Part shown: piece after piece, positions 13,398 through 26,295 of the stretch
Layout: every line of letters begins with the position of its first letter
How positions within the stretch are numbered: the first letter of the stretch is position 1
Assembly (NCBI RefSeq): GCF_035594765.1
Contig: NC_085846.1
Coordinates: 13,565,190 to 13,629,189, forward strand
Direction: 5' to 3'
Source of the DNA: Anolis carolinensis
Taxonomy: Eukaryota
Length of the DNA stretch: 64,000 nt
Notes under the pieces: model-generated
Databases searched by the model: none
What the model saw: only the letters and a program-made list of their open reading frames with translations
What the model was told of the DNA's origin: nothing
Translations under genes and position numbers: made by a program

Positions 13398-13823
13398 GTG
13401 TTGTCGAAGGCTTTAATGGCCGGGATCACAGGGTTGTTGTATGTCTTTCGGGCTGTGTGGCCATGTTCCAGAAGCATTCTCTCCTGACGTTTCGCCCACA
13501 TCTATGGCAGGCATCCTCAGAGGTTGTGAGGTATGGAGAAAACTAAGCAAAGAGGTTAATATATATCTGTGGAAAGTCTAGGGTGAGAGAGGTCAGTGTG
13601 AATGTTGTGTAGTTAATCAATGCTAATTAAAGTGATTAACTACACAACATTCACACTGACCTCTCTCACCCTAGACTTTCCACAGATATATATTAACCTC
13701 TTTGCTTAGTTTTCTCCATACCTCACAACCTCTGAGGATGCCTGCCATAGATGTGGGCGAAACGTCAGGAGAGAATGCTTCTGGAACATGGCCACACAGC
13801 CCGAAAGACATACAACAACCCTG
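13398..13823. mobile_element. Young Penelope-like insertion forming a 194-bp inverted repeat
   Basis: Arms 13426-13619 and 13633-13826; flanking direct repeat TGACACACCTCT at 13386-13397 and 13824-13835. Confidence 0.85.
13729..13769 (+). ncRNA. Minimal type I hammerhead ribozyme motif (mirror copy on - strand at 13483-13523)
   Basis: CCT-CTGAGGA-T-GCCTGC-CATAGAT-GTGGGC-GAAACGTC-AGG: stem I CCU/AGG, core CUGANGA, 6-bp stem II, GAAA, palindromic ACGU stem III, GUC cleavage triplet. Confidence 0.75.
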
Positions 13824-14054
13824 TGACACACCTCTTTTCTCTCACTTGCAATTTTTTCATCTTTGCTACCATTTCTCCCTATCCTCTGCCTCTATTCCTT
13901 TGCCTCTTTGTGATATTTCTGTTTTCTAGGAGACCCTTTTTAGCCCCAAGCTCCCTCCTTTCCTCTCGTATAGGAATGTGGGTTCTTCCCCCTTTCAACG
14001 TTTTGGCCTGCATTTCATCAGAAAGGAAAGCTACTTTTGTGGAACTTATCACAC

Positions 14055-14375
14055 TGGTGGCACAGTGTGTTAAAGCGCTGAGCTGCTGAACTTGTGGACC
14101 AAAAGGTCCCAGGTTCAAATCCCTGGAGCTGAATGAGCACCCACTCTTAGCCCCAGCTCCTGCCAACCTAGCAGTTTGAAAACATGTAAATGTGAGTAGA
14201 TCAATAGGTACTGCTCCAGCGGGAAGGTAACGGCGCTCCATGCAGTCATGACGGCCACATGATCTTGGAGGTGTCTACGGACAATGCTGGCTCTTCCGCT
14301 TAGAAATGGAGATGAGCACCAACCCCACGAGTCGGGTCACGACTGGACTTAACGTCAGGGGAAACCTTTACCTTT
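14055..14375 (+). mobile_element. Sauria SINE
   Basis: Full head, body and tail. Further copies at ~16645-16948 (+), ~29065-29330 (-) and ~61712-62030 (+). Confidence 0.85.
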
Positions 14376-14999
14376 TATAATAGACAGGTTGGAGCAACAC
14401 TGCCCTATATCTCAGGATATCACCCCAGATTATCGGCTTTGTATTGAATTATATGGCAGTGTAGACACAGATCCCTTCTACACTGCCATATAATCCAGAT
14501 GATCAAAGCAGGTCAACATTATTTGCTTTGAACTGTATTATATGAATCCACACTGTCATATAATCCAGTTCAAATCAGATATTCTGGGATCAGATCCTGG
14601 GGTATATGGCAGTGTAGATCCAGTCAGTCAGCCCTACAGTATGAAGTGTTGTTTTTGACCTTTAAAGCCCTACATGATTTGGATCCAGGTTACCTACAGG
14701 ATCGCCTTCTCCCATACAACCTGCTCTTTAGGACACTGGTTCTCTGGCGGATGTCGACTCCAATTTAAGACCCAACTGGAGACCTTTCTCTTCCATCAAG
14801 TCAACCCAGTCAACTCTGGATCACAAATTTTGAATTTACATTCTATTACCACTATAGGTTGGTTTTGTATCCTCTGTTTGGTGTATGTTTTTTAAATGAT
14901 GTGGTTTTATCTATGTATTTATGGTCACATGTTTTGACTATTGTATCCTGCCTCAGGCCATTAGGAAAGGCAAATAACAAATAAAAATAATTATTATTA

Positions 15000-15265
15000 C
15001 AGTAGAGTCTCACTTAACCAACATAAGCGGGCCGGCAGAACGTTGGATAAGCGAATATGTTGGATAATAAGACGGGATTAAGGAAAAGCCTATTAAACAT
15101 CAAATTACGTTATGAGTTTACAAATTAAGCATCAAATACGCAGTAATGCTATGTAGTAATTACTGTATTTACAAATTTAGCACCAAAATATCACAATGAA
15201 TTTAAAACATTGAATACAAAAATGCGTTGGATAATCCAGAACGTTGGATAAGTGAGACTCTACTG
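15000..15265. mobile_element. pogo/Tigger-like MITE (7 copies in window)
   Basis: TIR CAGTAGAGTCTCACTTA(T/C)CCAA with TA TSD. Other copies at 10931-11254, 17036-17354, 17723-18042, 24967-25284, 35325-35647, 44336-44658. Confidence 0.85.
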
Positions 15266-15639
15266 TATTACTATTAGTACAGGACATTGTAAAACCATTG
15301 CAGCACAAAGGTTTTATTTCCATCTACAAAAAAGTTTTCTTCCCAGCCACTATTTTAAAACGCGGTATGTTTTATTTTCACAGCACTACTTCCGTTTTGG
15401 GTTGATTTCCGCTGTTGTTATTTATATCCCAACTTTTCTCTCTTAAAAGAGACCTAAAGTGTTAATAAAGAGAATACAAATGTACAGTTTAAAACCAAAA
15501 GCATATAAACATCGAAACACAAGATGTTGAGTGAGAACCCACCTGTCCTTCTACACTGTCATTATAATCCAGAATCAGTACCCAGAAGAGTTGCCTATAC
15601 AACACTACAGTTAACAAAGCACTGAAGTTCTCACTGCCT

Positions 15640-15961
15640 TCAGCGCATGCGCCCTCAAGCAATCTTGGTCCCCGCTGCGTTGTTTCCCCTCCAGCATTTT
15701 GTTCTGCGCGTGCGCAGTTGTCTCCCCCCTCCCCTTTTCAATATGTTCGTGTGTTCCTCGGCCTCAGCTTGCTTCATATGGGCGGTACCCGGATGTAGCC
15801 GTTCACGGTCTCCAGAGAAAGAGTGAGAGACCCCTAGAGGAGGGAGAAGGCGGGGAAATCCGCGCATGCGCCGTGGCCTCCTTCTCCTCTTCTTTCTTCC
15901 CTCTGGGGCTTGGACATCTCCTCGGCTGGTCACTGGGCCCTGAATCCAGGCGGGGCTGGAG
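15640..15961 (+). promoter_or_regulatory. KCTD13 CpG promoter and non-coding exon 1
   Basis: CpG-rich; NRF1 motifs GCGCATGCGC at ~15643 and ~15862; splice donor GAG|gtgagc at 15961/15962. Confidence 0.7.
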
Positions 15962-16055
15962 GTGAGCGGGCCGGAGGTCAAAGGGGGAAGGAGGAGGGGG
16001 GAGAAGCAGTGGCTGAGGTGAGGGGCAGAGGAGCCCTCACAGCCACATTGTAGAG

Positions 16056-16249
16056 CAGGCCTGGGCAAGTTTGGGCCTTCCAAGTGTTTTGGACTTCAAC
16101 TCCCATCATTCCTAACCGCCTCAGGCCCTTTCCTTTTCCCCCTCAGCCGCTTAAGCGGCTGAGGGGGAAAAGGAAGGGGCCTGAGGCGGTTAGGAATGAT
16201 GGGAGTTGAAGTCCAAAACACTTGGAGGGCCCAAACTTGCCCAGGCCTG
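16056..16249. mobile_element. Fully palindromic hAT-type MITE
   Basis: CAGGCCTGGGCAA...TTGCCCAGGCCTG, spacer-free palindrome centred on CTTAAG (16150-16155). Related short elements at 16418-16532, 40855-40986, 41326-41461, 43563-43697 and 61218-61351. Confidence 0.75.
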
Positions 16250-16541
16250 CTTTAAAGTCTCAAAAATAATTCTGTTTTAATTTTTATATTCATAGGTTTT
16301 TAGATTGTGTGGTTTTTTTAAGGCAGTGAGATGCTTCGGGTACCAGTAATGGAAGAAGAGAAAAACGGGTACAAACCATCATCATCAAGTCTCTCTATCC
16401 CTCTTTCTATATGTATCAGGTATGGGCAAACTTTGGCCCTCTGGGTGTTTTGAACTTAAACCCCCACAATTCCTAATAGTTGTGGGAGTTGAAATCCAAA
16501 ACACCCACAGGGCCGAAGTTTGCCCATACCTGATATATATA

Positions 16542-16987
16542 CAGGCAATCCCCAAGTTACAAAGGAGAAAGGTTCTGTAGGTTTATTCTTAAGCTGAATT
16601 TGTATTTAAGCCAGAGCAGGTACTTTTTTAAAGTGTAACTCCAGCGGGTTAAACCGCTGAGCTGCTGAACTTGCTGACTGAAAGGTTGGCGGTTCGAATC
16701 CGGGTAGCATGGTGAGCTCCTGCTGTTAGGCCCAGCTTCTGCCAATCTAGCAGTTCAAAAACATGCAAATGTGAGTAGATCAATACAGGAATGTAACGGT
16801 GCTCCATGCAGTCATGTCGGCCACATGACCTTGGAGATGTCTACGGACAACACCTGCTTTTTGACTTAGAAATGGAGATGAGCACCAACCGCCAGAGTTG
16901 GACACCACTAGACTTAATATCAGGGGGAACGCTTTACTTTTACCTTTATATGTGTGTGTGTATGTGTGTATATATATATATATATAT

Positions 16988-17019
<32 letters not shown>

Positions 17020-17635
17020 CGCACACATATACATACAGTAGAGTCTCACTTATCCAACACTCGCTTATCCAACGTTCTGGATTATCCAACACATTTTTGT
17101 AGTCAATGTTTTTGATACATCATGATATTTTGGTGCTAAATTTGTAAATACATTAATTACTACATAGCATTACTGCGTATTGAACTACTTTTTCTGTCAA
17201 ATTTGTTGTTAATCATGTTTTGGTGCTTAATTTGTAAAATCGTAACCTAATTTGATGTTTAATAGGCTTTTCCTTAATCCCTCCTTATTATCAACATATT
17301 CGTTTATCCAACGTTCTGCCGGCCCGCTTTTGTTGGATAAGTGAGACTCTACTGTATATGGGTTAACACCACTGGTGTTAGTTTTGCTGTCTGTGCCCCT
17401 GTTCAGAAGATTTCATCTCACTTTCTGTCCCTGTGAGAATTGGATTTTGAAAAAATTGGTTTGTTGTGGAAGCAAGGATTGGTAATAAAGCTTTAATGGA
17501 GACCCCTTTTCTCCATGATAACTCTTTCAAGAGTTCATTTCCCTTCCTTGAAGTAGATTTCTCTCATTTCCTGTTGTCTCACCCTGGTTCTTAACTATGA
17601 GTTGTTTGTAAGTTGGATGTTTGTAACTCGGGAAC

Positions 17636-17638
<3 letters not shown>
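16542..17638. mobile_element. Tigger-like MITE with a nested Sauria SINE and a nested second MITE
   Basis: Ends CAGGCAATCCCCAAGTTACAAA ... TTTGTAACTCGGGAACTGC in TA context; partial copy at ~39530-39811. Confidence 0.65.
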
Positions 17639-17689
<51 letters not shown>

Positions 17690-18287
17690 GTATATATATA
17701 TATGTATATATGTATATGTATACAGTCTCACTTATCCAACCTTTGCTTATCCAACATTCTGTATTATCCAACGCAGTCTGCCTCCCGCCCGGATCCACAG
17801 CTGTTTCTCTAGGCAGCAACCCGCAATGGGCCAACACGCCCAGCAACAACACAAGAGCAGCCACGCTCCCAAACAAGTGGCAGACTTGTTGTAAAACATG
17901 GTTTGGTGCTTAATTCGTAAATTCATAACGTAATTTGATGTTTAATAGGCTTTTCCATAATCCCTCCTTATTATCCAACAATTTCACCTATCCAACGTTC
18001 GTTCGGCCAACCTGTTTATGTTGGATAAATGAGACTCTACTGTATATGTATAGGCAAACACATAATATCTTATAATTCTGGAATTATTTTTTCCACACAC
18101 CCCCCCCCACCCCAAATGTATACAGCCTTAACAGGATTGAAAGTTTTGATAGTACAGTATTGTTGAGAAATCGCAGGAGAAACTTTAAGTGAGGTTTACA
18201 ACTCTGTGCTTCAAGAATGCAAGTACTTTTGGAATACCATTTGTGTGATTTGTATGATACACAAGAAGCAAATTAAACACACACAAA

Positions 18288-18489
18288 GGATGCACCTACA
18301 CTGTAGAGTTAATGCAATTTGACACATTAACTGTTTTGGCTCAATGCTGTGGAATTTTACAAGATGTTTTGCATTCTCTGCCAGAGTGAAGGTGCCTTAG
18401 CAAACTACAACTCCCAGGATTCCATAGCATTGAGCTATGGTGATTAAAGTGGGTCAAAATTGCATTAATTCTACAGGGTAGATGCACTC
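18288..18489. mobile_element. Harbinger-type MITE
   Basis: Long imperfect TIRs GGATGCACCTACACTGTAGAGTTAATGCAATTTGAC / GTCAAAATTGCATTAATTCTACAGGGTAGATGCAC. Confidence 0.6.
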
Positions 18490-19002
18490 AAACACACGCC
18501 TGCTGTTCTTCATTCCTCAAGGCTACATATCTAGAAAGAGTTGAATCAACAACTTGCGGGTAGTTGATGGATGAAAACATGGAAATGTCAGGACTAATCC
18601 CTGGTGTGGTTACACAAAGGTGAGGCAATAGGAGGAAACAATAGCCTGAGGCAGGTTTGTTGAGCCAAAGGGCATTAGACACAAAGATGAGTGTAAATCT
18701 CACATTTCTTGCTAGGAGTAGCAGAGATGTGCAGAAGGCCAATTGGGATCTAATAGTTGATCTCTGGGTGATTTTTCAGTACCTTCACATGGGTTTCTGA
18801 TCCCTAGTTGTCTAATAAGAATACACATAAATACATAAGTCTTAGAATGTTCAAGAGAATGTGTTTTTGTGTGTGTGAGAGAACATGTAGCCTTGGTTCT
18901 GGAGGAAGACTATATTCAGAGCCACTCTGTATTTTAACTGTTAGTATAAGTACATGCCAGAGGTGACATTTTTCACCTGATTTTGGTTAATGGACCTCCA
19001 GA

Positions 19003-19360
19003 TGCAGGGCCTTTTCAGTAGTGGCTCCCCGCCTATGGAACGCCCTCCCCATTGAAATCAGGCAGGCTCCCTCCCTCCTATCCTTCCGTAGGAAGGTAAA
19101 AACTTGGTTGTGGGGCCAGGCTTTCGAATAAGAATCAGCAGCATTAATTACTATTATGTATGCTGGAACTCAACTGACAGACCCAGTCTTTTAAACTTGT
19201 ACACGCCTATCTATATTTTATAAATGCATTTTATGAATGTTTATGTAAGTTAATTTTTTAACTGATTTATAGTGTATTGTACTGTTTTTATATGTCTGTT
19301 TTATTGTAAGCCGCCCTGAGTCCCCTGTTGGGTGAGAAGGGCGAGATATAAATATTGTAA

Positions 19361-19403
<43 letters not shown>

Positions 19404-19406
19404 ATA
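19003..19406 (+). mobile_element. L2 LINE 3' end with (TAAA)n tail
   Basis: RAFSVVAPRLWNALP-like coding remnant, 3' stem GCCGCCCTGAGTCCCC...GGGCG, TAAA repeats. Confidence 0.8.
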
Positions 19407-20204
19407 GTAAAATCTAAGAAAATCCACAAGACTGAGGTTTACCCCCTTCCCTATAGAAGACCTACAACTGGTAATAAGCAGACAGGACCAGGATGGGATT
19501 TAATTGAATAAGTGGGGGAAAATGAAATTGGCTTGAAGGTTTGCAGAGTGCTTTTTTCTGCAGAAAAGGACAAAACCTTTTTTTCCTGAGGCAAAATTTT
19601 TCTAATTCAATAAATGGGTTGGGAAGTATGTGGTCACAAAGGTTAGAACTAACAGGTTAACAAGTTACTTTCAGAGCAGCAAGAGTTCGGAAAATGGATG
19701 AATGCATAACAGTTCACAGTTACTCTGAAAAATAACTGTTAGAAGCATTTTAATATACTTTTCTCTAGATCCTTTGCTGTATTTTTATTGGTCTCAAAAG
19801 CCTTTCCTCTCACAGTGAGTTAGGAAAGCAATAAAAATGGAACAAGAAATACACTAGGCATGACTTGCTCTTTAACACTGTAATGAGTAACAGCAGATGG
19901 TAATAAGGAATTAAAACAATTTTTAAAATGTACTTTTCTGGTTCTGACTCATCTTCTAAATGTAGCTGAATTGCCATTGCTTTGGATCTAAGTCCTGAGA
20001 GAAAAGCAGGGCATCGACTATCTATCTGTGTATCTAAAATAACAGCATAGCACTAGTGATGCGGAATGATGGAAATTACATTCTGACAACATCTAAAGAG
20101 TGGCACATTCTGCATTCCTTCCCAAAACAGTCAAATCTGAGCTCTGCAGAAAACACAGCATTGCATGATTTCTCTGTTGAATTTTCTCTTTTGTTCAGGT
20201 GGCT

Positions 20205-23200
20205 ATGTCAGCTGAAGCCACCGCAGACCAGGCCTCCTCCCTGGAGAATTGCGCACCCCTGGTCCCAACCCAGCAGCGACGGGATGGCGGCGGAGGGGTA
20301 GCTGGCGTGACCTTTGACCTCAAGCCCTTGAACCCTAGCAGCAAGTATGTCAAGCTGAACGTCGGAGGGTCCCTGCATTACACCACCGTGCAGACCCTCA
20401 CCAAACAAGACACTATGCTCAAGGCAATGTTCAGCGGCCGGATGGAGGTGCTCACAGATAGTGAAGGTTTGTTTGTGAGCTTTCTCACCATCTGTCCCCC
20501 ACTTACATGCAGGCAGGCAACCTTTCACCATTTTTGATGTTATGCTTGCCTTTTTCTGTACTGCATTAAGACTACTGTAGCATGTTTGAAAACTTTCTTT
20601 TAATAGTTTTTACCTCCACCACTGACTGGAGACCTGTAGGTCAACTGTGCTCTTCCACTCGGTTTGGACAGAAACATTTTTCTACCATACATGAGTTGGG
20701 TATACCTGGGTTTAACTGATACTGTACTTGGATCTGTTTTGCTTTTCTGCGTGTCTTCAAATTATTTCTAACCATAACAGCCTTAAGAAAATTTATTGTT
20801 GGACTTTCTTGACAGAATTTGTTCAGAGGATTTTTGCCTTTGCCTTCTCCAGATTCTGAGAGAGTGTGATTTGTCCAAGGTCATCCAGGGGATTTCCATA
20901 GCTGAGCAGGGATTTGAACTCTAGTCATCTCTGTTCAGCACCTAAACTACTACACTATGCTAGCTCTCACCTATCTATTTTCTTTTCTTAATGACTGCCA
21001 GCAATATCTGCATTTGTCTCCTTATCAGCATGCTAGCACCTTTTGCATTTCTGTTACCCTTCATATATCTGGTGCTAATAGTTTTAGTGGCAAAACTTGG
21101 CTTTACCTCTGTCAAAATGTTTTATCATATGGCACTATTTAATACTCTTCTGTGGTTTTGTAAGCTGAAAAAAATCATTATACTGTATAAGGAAAGAGCA
21201 GGTTTAATGTATCAAGAGAAAATATCCAGAAATAGATTGTCCTTGAAATAGCCTGAAACAAATCATTTCTGCTTTTTCAGGGTGGATCTTGATTGACCGA
21301 AGTGGGCGCCATTTTGGAACCATCCTGAACTACTTGAGAGATGGCTCAGTATCCCTTCCAGAGTCCCAGCGGGAGCTGGAAGAAGTGCTCTCTGAAGCCC
21401 GGTACTACCTGATACAGGGTTTGGTTGAGGACTGCCAGCTTGCCCTACAGGTAAGTGGCTCCCTGCTTAGAAACTAAAAAGTACATGTATTTTGAAACAA
21501 ATGGAGGATTTTGCAGGGGAAGTGAGCAGTAAGGCCTCAGTTCTCTTGGCTTAACTGGGCCCAACTGTCTTCTAGCTCCACTGCTCCAGAATTGCTGTAA
21601 CAATTCCATCTGGTTGTTTTTAATAATTAAGGATATGTTTGTATTTTTCTTTCTACCCTATCCTCCTTTTCTTTGATGTAGGGCATTGCTTATAATATTA
21701 TGAACTGCTTTGAAGATGATGGTGAAAGGTGGAATATAAACAATTTTAGTCAGTAATGCAGGGTAGCTTTGAGGGCATTTAATAAAACTGATTGACTCTT
21801 ATCTTTTTTCTACCCAGCAAAAGAGTGAAGCTTTTGACCCTCTCTGCCACATCCCCATGATAACATCACCCAAGGAGGAGCAGCAGATTATCTCAAGCTG
21901 TTCCAAGGTAAAAAGGAGTTGAAATAACGAGATCTTGTTATTGGTCAAGCCACTTTAGGCTATTCGGATGGTTGTTCTCTCTCTTGAGTAGAATCAGGGA
22001 AGAAATGCCAGCAGCATGGAAAACTGTTCCATATATCCTTATCCCTGTCATTATTAATATCCTTTTTTACTAACTTGTAGTACAGATTTCCCAATCTACT
22101 GTCTTCCAGGTGTATTGGGCCACCACTCCCATTGTTCTAGATCAGCATGATTATAGCCAGTTAATGCACACAGTCTTCGCTCTAAGACATGTGTATTTGT
22201 TCTCCTGTACACATAGCTGTCATTTTCTAAAAATAGCTGCATTGATTTTTGATATTTTGTAACCAGAGGCATATTGAAGCATTGCCTCACAGATGTTTTG
22301 TCGATAGGTAGACAAAAGTGCATGGTGGCTGTTCTGTCACACGCTGGGCCTGTTACTGATTGTCTACTATATACACTGTTTCCCCTAAAATAAGACATCC
22401 CCAGAAAATAAGACCTAGTAGAGGTTTTGCTGAATTGCTAAATTTAAGGCCTCCCCCGAAAGTAAGACCTAGCAAAGGTTTTGTTTGGAAGCATACCTGC
22501 CAAACAGAACACCAGAGCATGCAGAATCGGTAAATATATGTACCATAGAGTGTTGTACATAGAAATAATGGTAGTAATAAATTCTTGATAGGATTCACAG
22601 TTTATCTGGTTATGCTGGTTTGTGATGACAAGTACTGTACAGTATATAATAAATGTTCATTTTTTTTTGTTCAACAATAAATGTGAATTCTTCTTCATGG
22701 AAAAATAAGACATCCCCTGAAAATAAGACCTAGAGCATCTTTGGGAGCAAAAATTAATATAAGACACTGTCTTATTTCCGGGGAAACACGGTAGGACGTA
22801 CACTTTATGCCCAGCGGGAAGCCAGGGTTCCTAAAGAAAGGTTGTTGAGGAATTTCCCTGAAAAGATGGCCTTTGAGTCTTTAAAGAAATAACAAAGTCT
22901 TTATTGACGAACAAATAATAAATCTTCAAGGAGTCTTGTCCCCAAGGGACAGGCGATTGGCTTTGAATAACTCTGAAAATCCTCTTATAACCTCTCCCAG
23001 GCTGTCTATTATCTGGGCCTAGCTGATCTGGGACCCACTACCAACTCCAAATGCGTCTGGGTGTTGAGTGGACCTACCAGCCAAGGCTTGCAGATGTTTC
23101 TGTGCTGTTGTTCTGTATCCCCGGACGGTCAATATCCCTGATGTTCTTGAAATATGAAGCTTTTTATGGGACGAGCTGGTCTACATCCTATAGATGAGCT

Positions 23201-26200
23201 TCCTAAGTGAGACTAACTTAAAAATGGCTCCTTCCCTCCCAGAGCCCTGAACAAGGGGCGGAACCAAACTTAATGGTGATTGACAGGCGGCCTGTCCTAT
23301 GATTGCAAACTTTTGCAGAAAGAAAATAAAGCTGAAGTTTCTGGCACAGCTGTACCAGCACAGTGGCAGTTACTGGATATGCTAAGTTTCTGTACATTAT
23401 TATCTTGGCACATGGTTTGATATTTACATGAAAATTATTTTTAAATACCTTCCATGTAATGCCCTGGAAGTCAGAATGTTTGTTACTATTCTGTGAGTTG
23501 ACTGTGTATCAGCTGATGGCAAAGACAAACAGTTACATGTGACAACTAGTCTTGAAACAGCAGATCAAAAAAACAATCATCTTAGCTTTTTCGAAGGTTT
23601 CAATTGTATTTTTTGTTAACAAATTTCTTTCTTTTTTTAGCCTGTGGTGAAGTTACTGCATAATAGAAGTAATAACAAGTATTCATATACAAGGTAAAGT
23701 CCATCATGTTTTACTATTTATATTGAATGTAACTTGGCCTCATACCACACACATTTGCCCTGAGCAAATACTCCCACTCTTTTGCTAGGATTGTGAAGAT
23801 GCCACACAACTTTTTCTCTTCCTTCCCTCCCTTTCCAGTAACTCTGATGACAACTTACTGAAGAATATTGAACTATTTGACAAATTAGCTTTGAGGTTTA
23901 ATGGAAGGGTGCTCTTCATCAAAGATGTTCTTGGAGATGAGATTTGCTGCTGGTCCTTTTATGGTCAGGGCCGTAAGATCGCTGAAGTCTGCTGCACTTC
24001 CATTGTCTATGCTACAGAGAAGAAGCAGACCAAGGTAAATCGCAGGCAGTCTTCTGTATTCTAAATACAATTCTTCCATTTCCTGAGCTTTTTTAGCTGA
24101 CTTCATATGTAACTGTAAGTGCAGGTTCAGAGAGATCTTGACTAACCATGAATACATGCCAGCACATTCAGTGGTTTTTTCTCACTTGACTCCTCCTGCA
24201 GTTGGATATACGAAAACTTTTTAGTGCATCATATGAATCTGGGATCATGATTTGTTGCTTTCTTTTTGCAAACCAGCTTACTCTTCTTTGTATCCTACAT
24301 GGGACAAGATCCCATATTTGAGCAATTTATTAATTGATGTTTTTTTTCCAGTAACTATGCTAGCAAAGGTACTTAAGCTGAAATAATCAATTCTATACAT
24401 GAGTACACACGCCACTTGGATGATGTGTTTTGCCAAATTTTGTCCCATGCCAAGAAATATGGCCAGTGTCCTTTTTGTTTGTCCTCTTGGGACTGTAAAA
24501 GAACAATCATGCAACCTATTTTTAATGAACTTACTATCATGATGATGATCAATAACAAAAGAGGCTGCGGTTCAGCAATGTGCCTTTATGTTTGAAGCTG
24601 ACAGTAGCACCTTCAGTCAATAGGTGACAGATTTCCCACTGGATCAGTTTGAAGAGCATAATTAGAAAGAAAAATGTACAGGCCCTTTCCACTTCTTGAG
24701 CCTGCACCGAAAAAGTATATCTTTCCATCAAGGGAGATGATGATTATGATGATGATGATCCTTCTCCCCCTTAAGTTTGAGGAATTAAAAAGGAAATGAA
24801 AATAAATACTAGCACTTAGCTGGCTCTAAAGATGGTCATCCCATAAAAATTAAATTACTGCTACAAATTATTTTTTCTTACCACTACCACCCCCAATAGA
24901 TCATGACAGGGCACAACAATGAATTACACATATAGTATCAATTAAAAAATCCATAGAAAACCAGTACAGTAGAGTCTCACTTATCCAACATAAACGGGCC
25001 GGCAGAACGTTGGATAAGCAAATATGTTGGATAATAAGGAGGGATTAAGGAAAAGCCTATTAAACATCAAATTAGACTATGATTTTACAAATGAAGCACC
25101 CAAACATCATGTTATACAAATTTGACAGAAAAAGTAGTTCAATACGAAATAATGCTATGTAGTAATTACTGTATTTACCAATTTAGCACCATTATTATTA
25201 TTTATTGAAAACATCAACTACAAAAATGCGTTGGATAATCCAGAACGTTGGATAAGCGAGTGTTGGATAAGTGAGAATCTACTGTACTTTATAAAAATCT
25301 CTATTTTAAAACACTTGATTTAAAATTATTTGGATGGGCCTGTCATGAGACAGTGGTCTTTACTGCTGTTTTAAACTCAGAAAGTGTGTTCAATTGACTA
25401 ATCTCCTCCAGCACGCTGGTAGCAGAGAATATGAATGTACAAAATAGATTATACAGGAGGCTAGAACGTTGCAAGATCCCCATTCCGGCCCTATGAAGTC
25501 TTTGGTATAGCAATTTGATAGTTTATGAGTCCAGTTAAATTTCTTATTTCTCCAGTCTACAATTTCATGCGGAGTACTTCTTAAATATGGGCTTATTTGA
25601 TTTGAAGATCTAGTTTATATGCATTATCCAACAGAAGATTTAATATACCACCCTAATTCATAGGTTTCCGGGGAGATAAATTAATTTTTATCTTGCAAGT
25701 TGATTGCTATTATTTGCATTTCATATACAGTAGAATTGAGCCTGAGAATAGGACATTTATCTGTTTAGCTACTCAACAAAATTCCTGAAAAGATTCTCTT
25801 TAACCCCAACTTTCTCTGGTTTAGATCTATTTAGTCCTTTGTTTGCATTTTTATCTTCCAAGAAGTTCAGTGCAGGAATTTGATCAACACAGTTGGTTAA
25901 ATTGAAAAATAGTTTCTACTGGATGTATATCCGTGTCAAGATTTGAACCTGGGATTCTGTGTTGAAGCTGTACTCTTTGCCCATACTGTCTCCATTCCTG
26001 TTGTTGGAGAGGATCATGAGAGTCAACGTAATGTTGTTTCCCATGTGCACAGGTAGAGTTCCCAGAAGCCCGGATCTTTGAGGAAACCCTGAACATCCTT
26101 ATATATGAAACACCGCGAGTGCCGGACAGAGCCCTCCTGGAGGCAACTGGTGGGGTGGCCGGTGGAGGTGGGGGCCCCCTCCGTGCTGGTGATGACGAAG

Positions 26201-26295
26201 ATGGACGAGAGCACCGTGTCCGACGCATCCATGTCCGTCGACACATCATGCACGATGAGCGCCCTCATGGCCACCAAACAGTTTTCAAAGACTGA
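20205..26295 (+). CDS. KCTD13: BTB/POZ domain adaptor for CUL3, KCTD13 (BACURD1)
   Basis: Motifs [33 protein letters not shown] and C-terminal [24 protein letters not shown]. Coding exons 20205-20466, 21281-21450, 21818-21907, 23641-23693, 23839-24034, 26053-26295. AATAAA at 27985. Neighbours are 16p11.2 genes, which favours KCTD13 over TNFAIP1/KCTD10. Confidence 0.93.
22330..23362 (-). mobile_element. Solo LTR in a KCTD13 intron, with a nested mariner-like MITE (22375-22791)
   Basis: TG...CA ends; perfect 5-bp TSD GTGGC (22325-22329 / 23363-23367); minus-strand AATAAA at ~22900 and TATA-like element at ~22985. Confidence 0.65.
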
